A DNA stretch of 64,000 bases from contig JADHTB010000009.1 in NCBI GenBank assembly GCA_016776605.1, positions 31,453 through 95,452 on the forward strand, given 5' to 3'. The first letter of the stretch is position 1. Every line of letters begins with the position of its first letter. The position numbers were made by a program, and so were the translations under genes. This DNA comes from Alphaproteobacteria bacterium (GTDB taxonomy: Bacteria > Pseudomonadota > Alphaproteobacteria > GCA-2731375). Below are positions 57,616-64,000 of the stretch, piece after piece. The notes beneath the pieces were generated by a model. It worked only from the letters and a program-made list of their open reading frames with translations, ran no database searches and was not told the DNA's origin.

Positions 57616-57749
57616 TGGCGTCCTCACATAATTGCCACGAAATACCGCCTGGCCCGCTATTGACCTGCAGGCCCTGACGGCAACATATAGTTGGCTGCCG
57701 GCCCCGGTACAATCCAGGATACACGGCAATTTCGTCTACAGTATGACAG

Positions 57750-58976
57750 ATGGTGGGGACTGATATGGGGATGTCGGTGCGGCAATCGCGCAAAATGTGG
57801 GTTTTAGTCGCGATTGGTGGCCTAATAGCCCTTTTGGGCCTGGGTATCCGCGCCAATTTCGGATTGTTCCTGGCGCCCATGTCAGCCGATTTGGGCTGGG
57901 GGCGCGAAGTTTTTGCCCTGGCCATCGCCATTCAAAACCTGATGTGGGGCCTTGGCCAGCCCCTGGCCGGCATGGTCGCCGACAGGTTCGGCACGGCCCG
58001 GGTTCTGGCGCTTGGTGGATTACTCTATGGCCTGGGCGTCTATGGCATGGCGCAGGCTTCCAGCCCTTCGACGTTGTATATGACGGGTGGCCTATTGGTG
58101 GGCCTGGGCATGTCCGCGGCATCCTTTTCCCTGGTCCTGGCAGCCCTCGGCCGCATAGTGCCGGAACGCTACCGCACCCTGGCCTTTGGCATTACCACTG
58201 CCGCCGGCTCCATGGGGCAATTCCTGCTGGTCCCATTGGGACAGAAATTCATGGAGGCTTACGGCTGGTCCACGGCCCTGATTTTCCTGGCCGTGATCGT
58301 CGCTTTAATTATCCCCCTATCGACCGCCATGCGTGGCCGGGCCGAAGAGGCAGTCGGCGCCATGAAGCAATCCATGGGCGAGGCGTTGCGCGAAGCCGGA
58401 CAGCATTCGGGCTATCTTTATTTAACCGCCGGTTTTTTCGTCTGCGGTTTTCATGTCGCCTTCATTGCCACCCATTTGCCGGCCTATATCACGGATCGCG
58501 GGCTCTCGGCGGAGATTGGCGCCTGGTCCCTGGCGACCGTCGGGCTGTTTAATGTGTTCGGCGCCATTATGGCCGGCGTCCTGGGCAATCGCTTTCAAAA
58601 GAAAAATCTTCTGAGCCTGATTTACTTCTCCCGCGCCGTGATCATCGCCCTGTTCGTGCTACTACCCATTAGCTCCACGACCGTGTTGCTGTTTTCCGCC
58701 GCCATTGGTCTGACCTGGTTGTCCACGGTCCCCCTGACCGGCGGCATCGTCGCCCAGGTGTTTGGCCCGCGCTACATGGCGACCTTGTTCGGATTCGTCT
58801 TTCTATCACACCAGTTCGGCTCGTTTCTGGGAGTCTGGCTGGGCGGCTATCTATTCGATCACACCGGTTCCTATGACATTGTCTGGTGGCTTGGCGTTGC
58901 CCTGGGTCTGTTCGCCGCCCTGGTGCACCTGCCCATCAACGAACGTCCCGCCACCCGTTTGGCGGCCGCTGAATAG
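57750..58976 (+). CDS. MFS transporter
   Basis: 12 predicted TM helices. 'GMVADRFG' motif-A-like loop between TM2 and TM3. Start may be the ATG at 57765. Confidence 0.75.
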   Translation: MVGTDMGMSVRQSRKMWVLVAIGGLIALLGLGIRANFGLFLAPMSADLGWGREVFALAIAIQNLMWGLGQPLAGMVADRFGTARVLALGGLLYGLGVYGMAQASSPSTLYMTGGLLVGLGMSAASFSLVLAALGRIVPERYRTLAFGITTAAGSMGQFLLVPLGQKFMEAYGWSTALIFLAVIVALIIPLSTAMRGRAEEAVGAMKQSMGEALREAGQHSGYLYLTAGFFVCGFHVAFIATHLPAYITDRGLSAEIGAWSLATVGLFNVFGAIMAGVLGNRFQKKNLLSLIYFSRAVIIALFVLLPISSTTVLLFSAAIGLTWLSTVPLTGGIVAQVFGPRYMATLFGFVFLSHQFGSFLGVWLGGYLFDHTGSYDIVWWLGVALGLFAALVHLPINERPATRLAAAE

Positions 58977-59044
58977 ACCTTTTTAAATTTGATACGGATC
59001 AGTTCGTGCTGGCTTGTCAGGACAACGGTTCCTATCATCAGGCG

Positions 59045-59605
59045 ATGAAAAAATGGGCTGGCATGCTTGCGCTTCTCCTGCCGCTGACTTTCGGACCGGC
59101 GGGTAGCGCCTGGGCGGATCAAACCGATCCGCGGCTGGATGAATTATTCGTCCATTTGCAAGATGTCGAAACCTCCGCACAGGCCCGTTCGGTCGAACAA
59201 TTGATCTGGAACGTCTGGCTGGAAAGCGAAAGCCCGACCCTGAGATTGCTCATGGGGCGGGTGGCCACGGCCATGGGGCAGCAGAATTTTATCGCCGCCC
59301 TGAAAATCCTGGACAGCGTGGTCGCCATCGCCCCGAATTACGCCGAAGGTTGGAACAAGCGGGCCACGGTCTATTTCCTGCTGGGTCAATATGAAGACTC
59401 CATGACCGATGTGGAGCGCACCCTGGCCCTGGAACCGCGCCATTTCGGCGCCTTGAGCGGCCTAGGCCTGATCTATATCCGGTTGAAAGACAACGCTGCC
59501 GCCCTGGACGCCTACGAACGGGCCCTAACGGTCAATCCCCACCTGGTGCAAGCCAGGGCAGAGGTGAAACGCCTGCGCCGCAAGGTGAAGGGCGAAAATA
59601 TCTAG
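59045..59605 (+). CDS. Secreted tetratricopeptide-repeat protein
   Basis: ATG 59045 (MKKWAGMLALLLPLTFGPAGSAWA signal peptide), followed by ~3 TPR units ('AEGWNKRATVYFLLGQYEDS'). Confidence 0.6.
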   Translation: MKKWAGMLALLLPLTFGPAGSAWADQTDPRLDELFVHLQDVETSAQARSVEQLIWNVWLESESPTLRLLMGRVATAMGQQNFIAALKILDSVVAIAPNYAEGWNKRATVYFLLGQYEDSMTDVERTLALEPRHFGALSGLGLIYIRLKDNAAALDAYERALTVNPHLVQARAEVKRLRRKVKGENI

Positions 59606-59635
59606 CCCATACCGGGATTGATTTGGGAAACGCCT

Positions 59636-61051
59636 CTAGGGCACCCAGGCGATGCGGAGGCTGTTGGTGGCGCCGGGGGTGCCGAACGGGACGCCGGCGG
59701 TGATCACCAGACGGTCACCGGATTCGGCGATGCCGCAGTCGGCGGCGGTGCGGCAGGCCCGATCCACCATATCCGTAAAACCCGAAGCATCCGCGCTATG
59801 CACGCATATAAGGCCCCAGGCCACGGCCAGGCGCCGGGCCGTGATCAGACTGGGTGTCAGCACCAGGATTGGCACGGGAGGCCGCTCCCGCGCCGCACGA
59901 AGGGCGGTGGAGCCGGACGTGGTGTAGGTGACGATCGCGGTCGCCGAGATGGTTTCCGCGACCTGGCGGGCGGCGGCGGTAATGGCATCGGCGGATGTCG
60001 CCTCCGGGTCCGCATGTTCGGCGTCCATGAATTTGCGGTAGCCGGGATCCCCCTCGACCTGGGCCGCAACCCGGTCCATGACCGCAACAGCGGCAATAGG
60101 ATAGCCACCCGATGCGGTTTCGCCTGACAGCATGACCGCATCGGCGCCATCATATACGGCGGTCGCGACGTCGGAAACCTCGGCTCGCGTTGGCACTGGC
60201 GCAGCGATCATGCTTTCCAGCATCTGGGTCGCCACGACCACCGGCTTGCCGGCACGCCGGGCGCGGCGCACCAGATCCTTTTGCAAGGCCGGGACTTCCT
60301 CCACCGGCAATTCCACCCCAAGGTCGCCACGCGCGACCATGATGGCATCGGCCAGTTCGATGATCTCGTCGATCTGGTGCAATGCCGCCGGCTTTTCTAT
60401 TTTTGCCATAATCGCCGCACGGCCGGCGATCAAGCGCCGCGCCTCGGCAATATCCTCGGGCCGTTGCACAAACGACAAGGCAACCCAATCCACGCCGGCA
60501 TCCAGCGCAAAGCGCAAGTCGGCCTGATCCTTGACCGTCATCGGGCCCACGGGCAACAAAGCCTGCGGCAGGTTGACGCCCTTGCGGTCGCTGAGATGCC
60601 CGCCCGTGATGACCTTGCATTCGGCGAAGTCAGCGCCTGACCGGATGACGTTCAGGCGGATGCGGCCATCGTCGATCAATAAATCCATGCCCTGTTCCAG
60701 AGCCGCAAAAACTTCTGGATGGGGCAGGGGCGCCCGGTGACCGTCCCCCGACGCGCCGTTCATATCAAGTCGGTAGGCGCTGCCGACGGCGAGATCCACG
60801 CCGCCGCCCGTAATCGTACCGATGCGGATTTTCGGGCCCTGTAGATCCGCCATGACACCAATGGGTACGCCGACGGATTGTTCAACCGCGCGTATGGCCG
60901 TCAATCTGGCCTGATGGTCAGCATGCACGCCGTGGCTGAAATTCAGCCGGAACAGATCAGCCCCAGCCGCATGCAGTCCAGCGATCGTATCGAAATCACT
61001 GCTAGCCGGGCCCAGGGTGGCGATAATCTTGGTGGAGCGTTTTCTCTGCAT
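59636..61051 (-). CDS. pyk: Pyruvate kinase
   Basis: 'KIIATLGPAS', 'MVARGDLGVE' and the K+/Mg2+ site motifs. 471 aa. Confidence 0.9.
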   Translation of the reverse strand: MQRKRSTKIIATLGPASSDFDTIAGLHAAGADLFRLNFSHGVHADHQARLTAIRAVEQSVGVPIGVMADLQGPKIRIGTITGGGVDLAVGSAYRLDMNGASGDGHRAPLPHPEVFAALEQGMDLLIDDGRIRLNVIRSGADFAECKVITGGHLSDRKGVNLPQALLPVGPMTVKDQADLRFALDAGVDWVALSFVQRPEDIAEARRLIAGRAAIMAKIEKPAALHQIDEIIELADAIMVARGDLGVELPVEEVPALQKDLVRRARRAGKPVVVATQMLESMIAAPVPTRAEVSDVATAVYDGADAVMLSGETASGGYPIAAVAVMDRVAAQVEGDPGYRKFMDAEHADPEATSADAITAAARQVAETISATAIVTYTTSGSTALRAARERPPVPILVLTPSLITARRLAVAWGLICVHSADASGFTDMVDRACRTAADCGIAESGDRLVITAGVPFGTPGATNSLRIAWVP

Positions 61052-61060
61052 GAATTCAGC

Positions 61061-62347
61061 TTACACGGGATCAATTAATATTGCGCGAAAGTCATTAACG
61101 TTGGTCAGGGTTGGGCCGCAAATCACCAAGTCATCCAGCCCATGAAACAGCCCATAGGCGTCATTATTGGCCAACAGAGCGCCTGGGTTCAAGCCGGCTG
61201 CCGCCGCCCGGGCCAGGGTATTGGGCAAAACCACGGCGCCGGCATTATCTTCCGTGCCATCGATGCCATCGGTGTCGCAGGCGATGGCGCTGATACCCGC
61301 GCGCCCCTCCAGAGCCAAGGCCAGACCCGCCAGATATTCGAGATTACGCCCGCCGCGTCCCGTCCCATGCACCGTGACCGTGGTCTCGCCGCCTGACAGC
61401 AGCGCCGTTCGCCGCCCGGCGGCCTGCCCCGCAATTTGGCTGGCCCGGGCCATCTCGCCATGCCGTGCACCCAGCTCGCGGGCTTCCCCTTCCAGGTCAT
61501 CGCCTAACATCTCCACCTGATAACCCGCCGCCGCCGCGACCTCTGCCGCCGCCGCGAGGGAGCGCGCCGGCGTGGCGATCAGCACGGTCCGGTTATTGGC
61601 CAGGCGGGGATCACCCGGTTTCGGCGTTTCCATTTCAGCCGCCGCCAGATGCCGGGCCACGGCGCTGGGCGGCGTAATCCGATAGTCCGCCAGGATTTTT
61701 CGGGCCTGGGCGAAAGTGGACGGATCGGCCACCGTGGGTCCGGACGCGATGATCGCGGGATCGTCGCCCGGCACGTCGGAAATCAGTAAACTGACAACCC
61801 GTGCCGGGGCCGCCGCCGCGGCCAGCCAGCCGCCCTTGATGGCGGAAAGATGCTTGCGCACCACATTCATTTGGTCGATCGGCGCACCACTGCGCAACAA
61901 TGCCTGGTTCACCGCCTGTTTGTCCGCCAGGCTAAGGCCGGGGCTGGGCAGGCTCAACAACGACGAACCGCCGCCCGATATCAATACCAGCAACAGATCA
62001 TCAGGGCCCAGACCGAATGCCGCCGCAAGGATGCGCGCGGCCGCGGCTGCACCGGCGGCATCGGGCACCGGGTGGGCGGCCTGGATCACTTCGATATAAC
62101 GGGTCGGCAGGGCATGGCCATAACGGGTCACGACCAGACCGGTAATGGCCTCAGGCTCATGATGGTCTTTGGGCCAATGCCGCTCCACCGCCTGGGCCAT
62201 GCTGGCGGCAGCCTTGCCGGCGCCCAGCACCAATGTTCGTCCCGTGGGCGGGGCGGGCAGATGCGGCGGCAGGCAAATCGCCGGATCCGCCGCCGCCACG
62301 GCCGTCTGAAACAATTGGTTCAACAAGGCCCGCGGTTGCGCCGTCAT
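61061..62347 (-). CDS. Glycerate 2-kinase (MOFRL family; hydroxypyruvate reductase-associated)
   Basis: 428 aa. MOFRL N- and C-domains ('LVLGAGKAAASMAQA', 'LLSGGETTVTV'). Confidence 0.8.
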   Translation of the reverse strand: MTAQPRALLNQLFQTAVAAADPAICLPPHLPAPPTGRTLVLGAGKAAASMAQAVERHWPKDHHEPEAITGLVVTRYGHALPTRYIEVIQAAHPVPDAAGAAAAARILAAAFGLGPDDLLLVLISGGGSSLLSLPSPGLSLADKQAVNQALLRSGAPIDQMNVVRKHLSAIKGGWLAAAAAPARVVSLLISDVPGDDPAIIASGPTVADPSTFAQARKILADYRITPPSAVARHLAAAEMETPKPGDPRLANNRTVLIATPARSLAAAAEVAAAAGYQVEMLGDDLEGEARELGARHGEMARASQIAGQAAGRRTALLSGGETTVTVHGTGRGGRNLEYLAGLALALEGRAGISAIACDTDGIDGTEDNAGAVVLPNTLARAAAAGLNPGALLANNDAYGLFHGLDDLVICGPTLTNVNDFRAILIDPV

Positions 62348-62483
62348 GAGGTTTGCGCCGCAGCCCGTTCGACGGGGAATTCCTGTAAGAAATAGATTTT
62401 AATCGTCATGCCTTCTTCCATCGCGCCCGCCGCATTGCAAAGGGGCTGGGCATTGCCCGGATTAATTCAGCGAACTGGATGCC

Positions 62484-63365
62484 ATGCACAAATTTATCAC
62501 TCAGACATCCAAAGATCCTCGGATAATTTTTATTTTAATCGCGCAGGAGATTTCAGGTAATATCAAACCCGTGAGACAGACGCCAGATATAGAACACACC
62601 AATATCGCGCAAGATTCTTTCAGTGTTGTTAATTCTGAGAGTGCCGCGCCGGTCTTGATCATCTGCGATCATGCCAGCCGCCATGTGCCACCCGAATACG
62701 GCAACCTTGGTTTGCCGGCGAGCCGGTTATCCCAGCATATCGCCTGGGATATTGGCGCCGGCGAGGTGTCGCGGCGCCTGGCCGCCCTCCTTGATGTAAC
62801 TGCGGTTCTGTGCGGGACTTCTCGTCTGGTGATCGACTGCAATCGTCCCTTTGCCGCTGACAGTTCGATCCCAGCCAGCAGTGACGGCGTGGCGATCCCT
62901 GGCAACGCGGCCATTGACGAGGCCGAGCGGCAGCGGCGGATTAGCCGTTATTTTCACCCCTATCATGACGAGATTAGCCGGCAGATAAACCGCCATATGC
63001 AGCACGGCCGCCGACCGGCCCTGATCTCTATACATTCCTTCACACCGGAAATGGATGGCTTTCAGCGGCCCTGGCATGTGGGCCTGCTGTGGGACCAGGA
63101 TCAAAGCCTGGCCGCCCCCATTGTCCGCGAATTGCGCCGTGATCCGGACTTGGTGGTGGGGGAGAACCAGCCTTATGCCGGCGCCAACCCGCCAGGCTAT
63201 GCCCTGGACGCCCATGCCGCGGATAACGGCCTGCCCATCGCCGTGTTTGAAATTCGCCAGGACCTGATCGAGACCGAACAGGGTACGGACCGCTGGGCCG
63301 ATATTCTGGCCGCTGCCTTGCGGCCGGTGCTGGCGGACCATGCCAACGCGCCCTTATCGGGTTAA
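62484..63365 (+). CDS. N-formylglutamate amidohydrolase family protein
   Basis: 'PVLIICDHASRHVP' and the downstream metal-binding His/Glu pattern of FGase. The first ~30 codons are AT-rich and may be 5'UTR, so the true start could be downstream (e.g. the GTG near 62568). Confidence 0.65.
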   Translation: MHKFITQTSKDPRIIFILIAQEISGNIKPVRQTPDIEHTNIAQDSFSVVNSESAAPVLIICDHASRHVPPEYGNLGLPASRLSQHIAWDIGAGEVSRRLAALLDVTAVLCGTSRLVIDCNRPFAADSSIPASSDGVAIPGNAAIDEAERQRRISRYFHPYHDEISRQINRHMQHGRRPALISIHSFTPEMDGFQRPWHVGLLWDQDQSLAAPIVRELRRDPDLVVGENQPYAGANPPGYALDAHAADNGLPIAVFEIRQDLIETEQGTDRWADILAAALRPVLADHANAPLSG

Positions 63366-63374
63366 GTTGACGCA

Positions 63375-64000
63375 ATGACCATTTCAAGACCGAGCTTTAC
63401 CATGGGCGTGGAGGAGGAATATCTCCTCGTCGACCTAACGACCCGGGATTTGGCGGCCAACCCGCCAGGGGATCTGCTGGCCGAATGCGAAGCCCGCCTT
63501 GGCCACCGGGTCACGGCGGAATTCATGCGCAGCCAGATCGAAGTCTGCACCAGGGTTTGCGCCCATATCGGCGAGGCGCGCGGGGAACTTCAGGAATTGC
63601 GCGGCACGGTGGCCGAGGTTGCAGGTCAATTCGGCCTGGCGCCGATCGCCGCATCGACCCATCCTTTTGCCCATTGGCGCGCGCAAAGCCACACCGACAA
63701 GGAACGCTATGCCGATCTAGCCAACGCCCTACAGGCCACGGCGCGGCGGCTGTTGATATCCGGCATGCACGTCCATGTGGCCGTGGAAGACGAGGACATG
63801 CGTATCGACCTGATGAACCAGGCGACATATTTTCTGCCCCATCTGCTGGCCTTGAGCACCTCATCGCCGTTTTGGGACGGCGAAAATACCGGTCTGATGT
63901 CCTACCGGCTGACCGTGTTCGACGCCCTGCCCCGTACCGGCGTGCCGGAACGTTTCGATTCCTTTGGCGAATACGAACGCCTGGTCAACCGCCTGGTCGG
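63375..64000 (+). CDS. Carboxylate-amine ligase (YbdK / glutamate-cysteine ligase family 2), 3'-truncated by the window edge
   Basis: ATG 63375. 'SFTMGVEEEYLLVD' is the GCS2 N-terminal signature. The ORF runs off the end of the window and is not in the track. Confidence 0.7.
   Translation, partial: MTISRPSFTMGVEEEYLLVDLTTRDLAANPPGDLLAECEARLGHRVTAEFMRSQIEVCTRVCAHIGEARGELQELRGTVAEVAGQFGLAPIAASTHPFAHWRAQSHTDKERYADLANALQATARRLLISGMHVHVAVEDEDMRIDLMNQATYFLPHLLALSTSSPFWDGENTGLMSYRLTVFDALPRTGVPERFDSFGEYERLVNRLV

Overview
This is a high-GC (~60-65%) chromosomal segment with alphaproteobacterial gene content and synteny. The synteny markers are hisG-hisD-UPF0262-LMW-PTP, a DUF next to murA, and a GcrA-like domain. 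Genes are densely packed with mixed orientation.

Most of the window is ordinary chromosome:
- Housekeeping: panC, panE-like ketopantoate reductase, hisG/hisD, murA, pyk, manC-type GDP-mannose enzyme, tRNA-Thr(GGU).
- An RND efflux pair (membrane fusion protein + permease).
- Many small-molecule catabolic enzymes: two acyl-CoA dehydrogenases, a class-III aminotransferase, amidase, two TauD/TfdA dioxygenases, LLM monooxygenase, amidohydrolase, aldolase, acyl-CoA synthetase, and several VOC/glyoxalase proteins.

Features not explained by routine annotation:
1. Two genes carry an in-frame TGA exactly where a redox-active Cys is expected. One is Prx-like (HW-U-PYC), the other has the motif D-U-GSC-STC (UxxCxxC). 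Both are candidate selenoproteins that a standard gene caller would split or truncate.
2. A ~104-bp three-hairpin intergenic repeat with CTAGAGC termini occurs four times. Hairpin arms carry compensatory substitutions between copies. Its terminal CTAG supplies or overlaps stop codons of flanking genes, and short CTAGAGC 'footprints' sit at several other gene ends.
3. A ~1.3-kb low-GC islet encodes a signal-peptide-bearing 4-Cys micro-peptide followed by an orphan membrane-anchored protein.
4. A tRNA-Thr-adjacent module holds an autocleavable S24/CI-like repressor bracketed by repeated AT-rich operator-like motifs. It is divergent from a C-terminal-domain-only GcrA-like gene and an unknown 206-aa gene.

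No CRISPR array, transposase or integrase was seen.
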